Source of the DNA: an uncultured Pirellulales bacterium
GTDB lineage: Bacteria > Planctomycetota > Phycisphaerae > Sedimentisphaerales > SM23-30
Assembly (NCBI GenBank): GCA_964580995.1
Contig: CAZOMV010000014.1
Span: forward strand, 1,306 to 65,305
Length of the DNA: 64,000 nucleotides
Reading direction: 5' to 3'
The notes beneath the pieces are model-generated. The model had not been told where the DNA came from. It did no database searches and was given only the letters and a program-made list of their open reading frames with translations. The translations under genes were made by a program, and so were the position numbers. Shown one piece after another: positions 1-8,491 of the stretch. How positions within the stretch are numbered: the first letter of the stretch is position 1; the number at the start of each line of letters is the position of its first letter.

Positions 1-213
1 TTCCCCGGCTCCGCAGCCGATTTTGTCGCCTCCGCCCAGCGCCAGCAGCACCGCGACCGTGAGGGTACTGAGCAATCCCAGAAAGGTGAGCAAATTCGGC
101 CCGACATGACAGCGAATCAAAAAAGCCGCGACATGCTCCCGCGCAATCACAATGGTCCCGCCGAACAGGCGCGTAAAGATAGCATTGCGGTTGGCCCGAA
201 TTCGATTGGCCAT
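1..213 (-). CDS. CDP-alcohol phosphatidyltransferase family protein, N-terminal part (runs off window)
   Basis: Manual translation from ATG at 213: MANRIRANRNAIFTRLFGGTIVIAREHVAAFLIRCHVGPNLLTFLGLLSTLTVAVLLALG...; PNxLTxxG followed by a TM helix is typical of the family N-terminus; lies directly downstream of rpsT. Confidence 0.6.
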   Translation of the reverse strand, partial: MANRIRANRNAIFTRLFGGTIVIAREHVAAFLIRCHVGPNLLTFLGLLSTLTVAVLLALGGGDKIGCGAGE

Positions 214-244
214 AGGTTCGGTTATTTCAAAACAAAAAGGCTGT

Positions 245-526
245 TTAGCTGGTTTGTTTGGTCTTTAAGCTATTCAGTTTCCGCGCCAGTTGCCCTTTTT
301 TCCGGGCGGCGGTGTTTTTGTGCAGGGTACCCTTGGCTACCATCTGGTCGATCTGTTTTTGGGTATCACGCAGGGTTTTTTCCACGACCGTAAGGTCGGT
401 GGGATTCTTCGTTATTTCCATGAATTTTTTGATCTGGGTTTTGGAGGCGCTCTTCCGTGCCCGGTTCAAGGTGCGCCGTTTGGTGTTCTGCCGATTTCTC
501 TTTTTCGCTGATAGCGAATGTGCCAC
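245..526 (-). CDS. rpsT: 30S ribosomal protein S20
   Basis: MAHSLSAKKRNRQN...NRARKS..KT.IKK...KGTLHKNTAARKK; GTG start with AAGGAG RBS. Confidence 0.97.
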   Translation of the reverse strand: MAHSLSAKKRNRQNTKRRTLNRARKSASKTQIKKFMEITKNPTDLTVVEKTLRDTQKQIDQMVAKGTLHKNTAARKKGQLARKLNSLKTKQTS

Positions 527-552
527 TAGTGACTCCTTTACTGAAATTACTT

Positions 553-2007
553 CTATTCCTGTTGCCGCTTCCGTAGAGCGTCAATACGATCTTTGACATC
601 CTGATAATTATAGTCAATCTGGGCGACTTTTCGATAGCAATTCAGAGCCTGCTCTTTATTGCCTTCTGATTCATAGGCCCGGCCCAGATTATAACGCAAC
701 TCTTTGGCGACGGCCCCTTCCTGATCCTCCACCGATTCCAGTGCCAGCTCAAACGATTCAATCGCATCGGTAAACCATTCCTTGAAAAAGAAACACTGGC
801 CGATGAAATTAATCGAGGCAATTCGATACCGCGGATCGTTTCTGGCATCCTGAAATACCGGGATCGCCTGGTCGTACTGCTGGGCACGCATCAGGCGCTT
901 GCCATATTCATATTTAATCCCCATATCGGTCGGATAATTCTCCACCGACAGTTTATAATGATCCAGTTCCGCCCGCAGAGATTCTTTGGTAGCCTCTATC
1001 AGTTCTTTTTTCAGATCCTGATTTTCCGGTTCATTTTTAACTCGTGCCTGAAGCTCGCGTATCTTCCGGCTCAGTTGTTTGATGCGAATCTGACCGCTGT
1101 GCTGCTTATAGCGGAATTGCTTCGACTGTACATAGGCCTTTTCCAGTATTTCGATCGCCTCGTTTTCCCGGCTTACCTCTTCGGTATCGCATAAGGCGTT
1201 CACCAGATTATTGATCTTGCCGGGAATCGAAGGATTCTCTTCATAATCACGTCGGGCCTTTTCCAGGACATCTTCTTTGACATTGGTAGAACGCAAGGTT
1301 TGCCCCTGCGCCTGAATTTTTTCCTGGTTTACGCGGTCCTTAATGCTGTCTCGAAAATCACCTTGTCCGTCATAGTTCCCCTGCTGCATCGTGGTCTGGG
1401 CCGATAGATCTCGCAAGGCGTTTTCCAGGTCCGAATCGTGAGGTTTTAACTGCAACGCCTGCTGGCAGGCCTGCAAGGCCCGGGCAAAGGCCTCGATCTT
1501 GACATACACATCCCGCAGGAAAGTATAGGTTTGCAGAGAGGGCTTGTCTTTCTGCCGATTGAATTCAAACAGCAAATTCGCAAACCATAGCGCTGTCTGG
1601 CGGTATTCTCCCTCCGACGCTGCCTTCACCAGGTCGGTCATATGGCTAAGATTGGTGGGATCCTTACTGAGCAGGTATTCCGCCTTGAGCATGGCTTCTT
1701 TGGGGGTTTTACCAGAAATTTTTCGGAATTTTGAGCTGTCGCCAAATAGGCCAGCTTTTTTCAAACCGGATTCCCTTCGTCGTAAAGCGACTTCCCGCAG
1801 AGGTTTATGGCCTTCGTCCAAAGCATCCGGCCAGATGGAAAGCCCGTCCAGATAAAATTCGATGGCATAATCGTAGTTTAACGCATAAGCCACCTCCGAA
1901 CCTTTTCGGAAAAACTCCCTCGCTTTTGCCTTCAGCTCCTCGGGAAATTCAAATGCCTGGCTCGGCCCGGCTTGACTACTATTGACCTTGTTATTTTCTA
2001 AAGCCAT
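553..2007 (-). CDS. Tetratricopeptide-repeat protein
   Basis: 484 aa, all-helical, TPR consensus segments (YNLGRAYE..G..EQAL.CY.KV..IDYNY.DV). Confidence 0.85.
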   Translation of the reverse strand: MALENNKVNSSQAGPSQAFEFPEELKAKAREFFRKGSEVAYALNYDYAIEFYLDGLSIWPDALDEGHKPLREVALRRRESGLKKAGLFGDSSKFRKISGKTPKEAMLKAEYLLSKDPTNLSHMTDLVKAASEGEYRQTALWFANLLFEFNRQKDKPSLQTYTFLRDVYVKIEAFARALQACQQALQLKPHDSDLENALRDLSAQTTMQQGNYDGQGDFRDSIKDRVNQEKIQAQGQTLRSTNVKEDVLEKARRDYEENPSIPGKINNLVNALCDTEEVSRENEAIEILEKAYVQSKQFRYKQHSGQIRIKQLSRKIRELQARVKNEPENQDLKKELIEATKESLRAELDHYKLSVENYPTDMGIKYEYGKRLMRAQQYDQAIPVFQDARNDPRYRIASINFIGQCFFFKEWFTDAIESFELALESVEDQEGAVAKELRYNLGRAYESEGNKEQALNCYRKVAQIDYNYQDVKDRIDALRKRQQE

Positions 2008-2274
2008 AAATCCAATTAATATAACATTTTACGACGTTTTTGCCTTTACCACACTCCACGGCAGGTATATAATTTCCTCGGTACATAACCACTAAACTAT
2101 TCAGGATACTATATTTTCTCTTTTTGTCAAATAAAAATGCCGTTAAAGTCATACCCATAAAGATTTAAGTTTTTTCACATTTTATGGCCCCAAACACTGG
2201 CCTTGTCATATCGCCCTTGCTATAATTTGCTGGAATTTATTATATTAAAATGGAAGTTTTGTAAAAAGAACATT

Positions 2275-2805
2275 ATGCTGATTGAAAGTCTAAACCTGGA
2301 CAAGCTTTATATTCACCACTATCCGGATGAGATCCTTCGCAAAAGGGCACAGGAAGTGGTGGAGATAAATGATACGATTGTGCGTTTAGCCGAGAAAATG
2401 ACGGAAATTATGGTTAAATCCGGTGGTATCGGGCTAGCTGCCCCGCAGGTTGGGGTGCCGTTGCGGCTGTTTGTTTTCAGCCTGACGGCCAAGCCGGAAG
2501 ATGCGCAAGTCATTATCAACCCGGAACTAAAGAACTTTCAGGGGTACGTTGACACGGAAGAGGGGTGCCTGTCCATCCCCGATGTCCGGGCCAAAGTCCG
2601 CCGGCCTGCCGCTTGTACCGTAACGGCGATAGACCTGGATGGTAATGAATTTGTTATGGATGCGGTAGATCTGGCGGCCACGGTGGTTCAGCATGAAACG
2701 GATCATCTTGATGGAAAACTATTTATAGACCGGCTGTCCACCATTTCCCGCTTTGCCTGCCGTCGAACGATCCGTCAGCTCGAACAGGAATTCGAGGACC
2801 GTTAA
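2275..2805 (+). CDS. def: Peptide deformylase
   Basis: Motifs GIGLAAPQVG, EGCLS, QHETDHLDG; start taken at ATG 2275. Confidence 0.96.
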   Translation: MLIESLNLDKLYIHHYPDEILRKRAQEVVEINDTIVRLAEKMTEIMVKSGGIGLAAPQVGVPLRLFVFSLTAKPEDAQVIINPELKNFQGYVDTEEGCLSIPDVRAKVRRPAACTVTAIDLDGNEFVMDAVDLAATVVQHETDHLDGKLFIDRLSTISRFACRRTIRQLEQEFEDR

Positions 2806-2898
2806 AACCGGCAAAATAACTACTTAGGCAACAATCTGCTTGACCAATTCCGCTAAAAATTCTATAGTTAACTCCGGATCTGAATCATTTTAGGACTC

Positions 2899-3498
2899 GT
2901 GTTAATTATGGATATACAGTCTGGCCTTTTTAAAATTTTGCTGACCACCCTGCTAGGGGGTGCCCTTTTTGGGGCTGGTTGTGCGACGCCCTCTGCCCCC
3001 GTGCCGACCGAACCTCGGATTATTCAAGGTGATCCCCATGTTATCTGGAAGGCAGGCCAGGATGAATTAACCAGTCGGGGTTATCCCCTGGACCGGGTGG
3101 ACCGGCGGACGGGGGTGATTGAGACCTTTCCGATAACCAGCAAGCAATGGTTTGAGTTCTGGCGGAACGATGTGGTGGGGGATGAGGCGCTGGCTGAGGC
3201 CAGCCTGCAAACCATTCGGCGGCAGGTGAAATTGCAGGTTACCCAGGTGGAGCCGGACCAGCTTCGGCTGGAGTGCCTGGTACTGGTGGAGAAATATGAT
3301 TCCAGCCAGGAAATCTACCCCAGCCAAACCCGGACCTATAATGTTTTGGGAAATGTAACGGGACGGATTCCTCTTTTGAGTTCTTCCGAAAAGCGCAAAG
3401 ATAAGCCGGAGGAATGGATCCGCCTGGGCGAGGATCCGGAATTACAGAAGACGATTTTGGATTCGATTGTCCGGAGGGTGGAAAAAAGCCAATTATAA
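2899..3498 (+). CDS. Putative lipoprotein, function unknown
   Basis: Hydrophobic signal ending in lipobox-like FGAG-C; start may be ATG 2908. Confidence 0.7.
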   Translation: MLIMDIQSGLFKILLTTLLGGALFGAGCATPSAPVPTEPRIIQGDPHVIWKAGQDELTSRGYPLDRVDRRTGVIETFPITSKQWFEFWRNDVVGDEALAEASLQTIRRQVKLQVTQVEPDQLRLECLVLVEKYDSSQEIYPSQTRTYNVLGNVTGRIPLLSSSEKRKDKPEEWIRLGEDPELQKTILDSIVRRVEKSQL

Positions 3499-3556
3499 AC
3501 GGAAATCCGTACTAGAAATGAATTACCACTTGCCCGGCGGGGGTAAAAGGAGAATT

Positions 3557-4546
3557 ATGAGTCAGTATTATGTAGGAATCGACCTGGGCGGCACGAATAT
3601 CAAGATCGGATTGCTGGATGAGCGGGGGCAAATCATCGCACAGGATGATGAACCGACCCATGTGGAGCTGGGGCCGGATTCGGTGGTGGAACGAACGGTC
3701 CGCCGCATTGAGCAGTTGGTTCAAAAGACCGGTCTGGCCCGGCGGGATCTGCGGGCCGGCGGTATGTGTTCGCCGGGGCCACTGCTGCTGGAGGAAGGGA
3801 AGATTATCCGGGCCTGCAATCTGCCCGGCTTCGATCAATTTAATTTTCGGGCGAAATTTTCGCGTGCGTTGAACCTGCCCATGATTATGGAACACGATGC
3901 GGCGGCGGCCTGCTGGGGGGAATACTGGTGCGGGGCAGGGCAGGGGACGAAAAATATTGTACTTTTCACCCTCGGCACGGGGATCGGCGGGGGTGTGATC
4001 TACGGCGGGGAGGTGTTCCGGGCCGGGGGGGGCAATCATCCGGAACTGGGGCATATGATTATCAAGCTGGGCGGCCGGCAGTGTACCTGCGGGCAGCGGG
4101 GGTGTTTGGAAACGTATGCCTCCGCAACCCATACGGCGGCCCGTGCCCAGGATGCCTTAAAGGAGGGACGGGAATCGTCTCTCCAGCCGATCTTTAAAAA
4201 GCAGGGCAGCGTCTCCTGCAAGGATGTTTTTGACCATGCCAAGGCCGGGGATCCGCTGGCCGACGAAATTGTGGACGGCACCGCCGAGGCGCTGGCCCAG
4301 GCCTGTATTATTATGCTGCATAGTATCGAGCCGCAGCGGGTCATTCTGATGGGCGGGATGGTCAAAGCCGGCGAGATGCTGGCGGAGCGGGTGCGAAAAT
4401 TCTATCAGGGCATGCTCTGGTTCCTCAAAGAGGAGACCATGGAAATCTGTCTGGCCAAACTCGGTTCCGACGCCGGCTTCATCGGCGCCGCCGGCATCGC
4501 CATGCACGACGCCCAGCATCATCGTCTCCGCCCGATCGGGACGTAA
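3557..4546 (+). CDS. ROK family sugar kinase (glucokinase-like)
   Basis: GIDLGGT, TLGTGIGGG, ELGH..I...G..CTCGQRGCLE; AGGAG RBS before ATG 3557. Confidence 0.93.
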   Translation: MSQYYVGIDLGGTNIKIGLLDERGQIIAQDDEPTHVELGPDSVVERTVRRIEQLVQKTGLARRDLRAGGMCSPGPLLLEEGKIIRACNLPGFDQFNFRAKFSRALNLPMIMEHDAAAACWGEYWCGAGQGTKNIVLFTLGTGIGGGVIYGGEVFRAGGGNHPELGHMIIKLGGRQCTCGQRGCLETYASATHTAARAQDALKEGRESSLQPIFKKQGSVSCKDVFDHAKAGDPLADEIVDGTAEALAQACIIMLHSIEPQRVILMGGMVKAGEMLAERVRKFYQGMLWFLKEETMEICLAKLGSDAGFIGAAGIAMHDAQHHRLRPIGT

Positions 4547-4606
4547 AAAAAGAATAAAAAATGGCAGAAAAACACAGTTGAGAGAGAAGAAGCAATATTT
4601 TGCTTT

Positions 4607-6298
4607 TTACTCTTCCGACGGCAGTTCAGCGATTTTGATGTTGTCGTATTGGAGGAGGGTGCCCATGGCGCGGTAGGCGTCGATGATGGCGACATTGTAT
4701 TCGGTGACGGCCTGGATGGCGGTGACTTCGCGGGCGGCCAGCCGCTCGATGGCGTTCAGCTTGCGGTCCAGGAAATCGGCGGTAATCGTCGCTTCGGCAT
4801 CTTCCCGGACCAGATATTCGTTTACCACCGCCGCTTCCGCCTGGGCGGCTTTGAGCGAAGCGTGAATTTTATCATACGTATAGTCCAGCGTATTCAGGGA
4901 AATGCTCACATCGGCCAGAATCTGTTCCCGGTAACTGTCCAGCCGCAGCTTTTCCTGTTTTTCCTTATGGAGGGATTTGGTCAGGGCGGCCTGGGCCTCG
5001 CGATTGCCGCCCAGCGGGATTTCAAAACTCAAACCCACCCGGTAGCTGATCGTGTCGTTTTGCCACTGCTGATCCCACGCCGAACCGTAGCCCTGTTCGC
5101 CGCCGGAAATATCCTGCTGGCCTACCAAATCCAGCCGGGGCAGCAACTGATTTTTGGCGACATCGACGGCGATCCCCGCGGTATCGATTTGTAATTTTTG
5201 CGAAATAATTTCCGGACGGGTTTGCAGGGCAATCTGCAGGGCCTCGGCATGATCGAGGGTGTGGCTTTGGATCGACGGCAGATCGTCCGTGATGATTTCC
5301 CATTTTTCATCGAGCGGCAGATTCGGGTCGTTCAGACTGGCCAGCAGCCGATCCTGACTCTGCAAGACCGAGTTGCGGGTTGCAATCACATTCGCCCGGG
5401 CCTGTTCAATCAGCGAAAGATTCCGGGCGATAATCCCGCTGGTGGCGTCCAGTGTTTTCCGGGCGTCCAGCTTCTTATAGGCATCCTCGGCGTTTTGCAG
5501 CAGGTTTTGATAGACTTTCACCTGCTGGCGGTAAAAGGCCAGCCGCCAGAAATTGCTTTCTACCTCCGCGGCCGTCTGGATCATTCGCATTTGGAATTGC
5601 TGCTGGCTGATTCGATAATTATTGCGTGCGGCATTGATCGAAGACAGGTTCAAATCGATCCCGAAATCGCGCAGCAAAGGCTGTCGCAAGGTCATTTCCA
5701 GGGTATATTCATAATAGGGGTTGTAATACAGGCCGGACTCGCTGGAGCGGTACCGCCGCAAAAGCTCGGCCATCTCCACCGTGGCACCGGTGGGAAGTCT
5801 TTTTCTCAGGCCCAGCGAATAATTATAATCCCGGCTTTGGAAAAAGGGTGTGGTGGGTTCGGTTATGTAGGTAATGCCGGAAGGGGTGGTAATGGTCTTC
5901 ACCGTGGTGGCGGCGGAATCCATATTGGTTTTGTCATTGATATCAAACTGGCTGGAACCGAAAAGCACCGCGTCAAAGGCCGCTTCCGCCTGCACCACAT
6001 CGCTGAGGCTGATGGCCGGTTCGTGGCTGCCAATTTTGACATCCAGATTATTCGCGATGGCCCGTTGAATGCAATCGTTCAGGGGCAGGTGAATTTCTTT
6101 GCGCGGCTCGTCGGAAAAAATCCGTTCTTTCTGCTGCCAGTATTTGTGAATAACGTCTGCCTGGGCAAACGGATCCTCCCAGGCACCGGTTTCTGCCGTT
6201 CCATCTGAAAGTCCGATGGATAGCAGAAGGAACAGTCCCGGCAGTAAATAACCAAGTAGGAACCGGCTATGGGTATATTTCAGCATACAGTGTTGCAT
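4607..6298 (-). CDS. TolC family outer membrane efflux protein
   Basis: Signal peptide; two OEP-like repeats (AIANNLDVK, QPLLRDFG, RPEI, NQLLPRLDL, FEIPLG.NR.A). Confidence 0.88.
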   Translation of the reverse strand: MQHCMLKYTHSRFLLGYLLPGLFLLLSIGLSDGTAETGAWEDPFAQADVIHKYWQQKERIFSDEPRKEIHLPLNDCIQRAIANNLDVKIGSHEPAISLSDVVQAEAAFDAVLFGSSQFDINDKTNMDSAATTVKTITTPSGITYITEPTTPFFQSRDYNYSLGLRKRLPTGATVEMAELLRRYRSSESGLYYNPYYEYTLEMTLRQPLLRDFGIDLNLSSINAARNNYRISQQQFQMRMIQTAAEVESNFWRLAFYRQQVKVYQNLLQNAEDAYKKLDARKTLDATSGIIARNLSLIEQARANVIATRNSVLQSQDRLLASLNDPNLPLDEKWEIITDDLPSIQSHTLDHAEALQIALQTRPEIISQKLQIDTAGIAVDVAKNQLLPRLDLVGQQDISGGEQGYGSAWDQQWQNDTISYRVGLSFEIPLGGNREAQAALTKSLHKEKQEKLRLDSYREQILADVSISLNTLDYTYDKIHASLKAAQAEAAVVNEYLVREDAEATITADFLDRKLNAIERLAAREVTAIQAVTEYNVAIIDAYRAMGTLLQYDNIKIAELPSEE

Positions 6299-6349
6299 TC
6301 CTTTCGCGTTTTTTAATCTGGCCTCCGAGCGGAAAAACAGAGTGTCCGA

Positions 6350-7846
6350 TTACGAGGGAGCCGCTACGCTCACCGTTTCTTCAAAATAAGTATCTGTGGT
6401 GGTCAAAAACTTAATGGTAAAATCCTGGGTAGGGGCACTGAGGCTGGTTTTTTTGATATAAATTACATAGGTCAGTTTGTCCAGATCGAAGATGGCCTTA
6501 TACAGTCCCGAACTGAAATTATCGTGCTTATAATAGTAAAGCTGCCGGTTATTTTTCTTGACCAGCAGTCCCTCCGCAATGGTAAAGGACTTCGTTCCCC
6601 ATTTTATGGTAACTTCTTTTCCGGCCAGATTCGGATCGCTGACTTCCGTAGCGATGGACCCGGAGATGGTTAAGGAGTATGTATAGGACGAAGAACTCGC
6701 TAAGTACTTTTTGACAAACCGGTAGGTTTTGACTTGCAGGGAATCGACATGTCCCTGGGCCAGGAGGATGGGAATCGCTTTGCGGCCGTTTATAATGTCT
6801 TCGTCCGCGGCGCCCAGCCCGAAATAGTCTCCAAATTCCAATTGCATAATAACGGAGTCTTTCAGGCCGCTCAAATCCACCTCTTTCAACTGTAATTCGA
6901 AAGTATGCTTGTCCAGGTTCAATTTCAGCAACTGGATCCCCGGTTCCGCACTGGTAAATTTATAGGCCGTCTTTCCGGCGGGGAAGGCCGCGTTGGCAAT
7001 GGTCTTTTCTACCAATATGGAACCATCCGGAAGGACCAGCCGAATCCGAATCGTGGCCGGTTCGTACCATTGATTGGGATCCACGCTATTGGGTTCGAAT
7101 GTTCCTTTGAAGGTAAAGGAATCGGATGCGGTACTTCGGTCTTTACCGGCCTCGACGGTGGCTTTGGTAAACGTTATCGGATTGTATTCGGTCGCCTGTT
7201 CGATGAGCACCGGGGTTACTGGAACATTCTCCAGCTTGTAGGTATCGCTGGAACTGTGTATGGTTTTGGTTGTAAACGCGGCAATGGCGTCCACCACATC
7301 CATGCCGCTGATGACCTCGCCGAAGACGCAGTAGCCCACTTTATCCGTTGCTGTCGCGCGATCCAGGGTAGTATTGGCCTTCAAATTAATAAAAAACTGC
7401 GAATTGGCCGAATTGGGGTCCGTTTTTCGGGCCATGGCGACCGTGCCCCGCACATTTTTCAGCCCGTTGGTGCTTTCGTTGATAATCGATTCGCCGGGTT
7501 CATGGTAAAAGTACGGGTCCAGCGTCCAGTTGGGGTCTTTAAAATAATTCGGGTCCTCGCTGCCGAGATTCGGGTCGTTCAGGTCGGCATCATAGGCCCC
7601 GGCCTGAATGACAAAGTCCTTTACCACCCGGTGAAAGATCAGATTGTCATAAAAGCCGCTGTTGACATACTCCAGAAAATTGGCAACGGTGACTGGGGCC
7701 TTGGTGTCATACAATTCGATGGTGATGATTCCGTAGCTGGTTTCGAGCTGGACAATGGAATTTGCCGCGGACTCTGTCGCCGAACAAACGGCTGCCGCGG
7801 TTGCCAGCAGCAGGGGGATGAATAGACAGCATAACCTTTTCTTCAT
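6350..7846 (-). CDS. Secreted cyclophilin-type peptidyl-prolyl isomerase with large C-terminal extension
   Basis: APVTVANF..YV..GFY..LIFHRVV..FVIQAG, RGTVAMAR, SANSQFFIN, GYCVFG; signal peptide; ~280 aa unknown beta-rich C-terminus. Confidence 0.9.
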   Translation of the reverse strand: MKKRLCCLFIPLLLATAAAVCSATESAANSIVQLETSYGIITIELYDTKAPVTVANFLEYVNSGFYDNLIFHRVVKDFVIQAGAYDADLNDPNLGSEDPNYFKDPNWTLDPYFYHEPGESIINESTNGLKNVRGTVAMARKTDPNSANSQFFINLKANTTLDRATATDKVGYCVFGEVISGMDVVDAIAAFTTKTIHSSSDTYKLENVPVTPVLIEQATEYNPITFTKATVEAGKDRSTASDSFTFKGTFEPNSVDPNQWYEPATIRIRLVLPDGSILVEKTIANAAFPAGKTAYKFTSAEPGIQLLKLNLDKHTFELQLKEVDLSGLKDSVIMQLEFGDYFGLGAADEDIINGRKAIPILLAQGHVDSLQVKTYRFVKKYLASSSSYTYSLTISGSIATEVSDPNLAGKEVTIKWGTKSFTIAEGLLVKKNNRQLYYYKHDNFSSGLYKAIFDLDKLTYVIYIKKTSLSAPTQDFTIKFLTTTDTYFEETVSVAAPS

Positions 7847-8369
7847 TATAAACTCCAGTCAGGCTTTGTTGGATGTAAAACGTCAGGACATTATAAGGCA
7901 TTTGCCGACCCTGTCAACGCCGCATCCGATAAGATAGGGAAAAACCAACTTTACAGGCTTTAACCTGGGTAAGTTCCCGCCTGATAAAGAACAGAAATTT
8001 TGCAAAATGGAGGTCAGGCACTAGTAAACGAGGCTCTGCCGGCGGCATAAAGCGATAAATCCAAAACACTTATATCAACCATAAGCATCGTTTCCACCAA
8101 TTAATTTGGAGTTGATCCTTTTTTTTTCTTTCCGAGCGCTAACGTGATATTACCTCTATACTTATGAAATTATTTTTCGGAATCAACTCCAAAAAAGTTA
8201 ATGAAAATGAAGCCAATCTTCCTCCTCTGCGAGGCGGGGATATATCGCATGGAAAGCCGCCGGCAGAATCCAAAAGGGCAGGTTCAGAATGAATCGTTAA
8301 ATGAGAAACCGAGCTTGCGGTGTGAGAAGGGGACTCTTGTCCCCAGCAAGGACTGCCGGGAATTTGGGC

Positions 8370-8398
8370 TTGACAAACCGGCACTCGAAAATTATAAT
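8370..8398 (+). promoter_or_regulatory. Consensus sigma70 promoter
   Basis: TTGACA (8370-8375), 17 nt spacer, TATAAT (8393-8398); implies the gene starts at GTG 8492 rather than at 8201. Confidence 0.85.
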
Positions 8399-8491
8399 GT
8401 ATTGATAGTATGGCGTTTAATTGAATCATTCCTTTTGTGGTTACCTGCTGTCATTGGGGAATCCCGATGTGGGAACCAGGAGGATTTGCCG

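Noticed and set aside
8201-8491. N-terminal extension of the 598-aa ORF (likewise upstream extensions of ORFs at 2203, 3467, 16969, 17081, 38880, 45933, 59130)
   Set aside because: Promoter, RBS and signal-peptide positions indicate downstream starts
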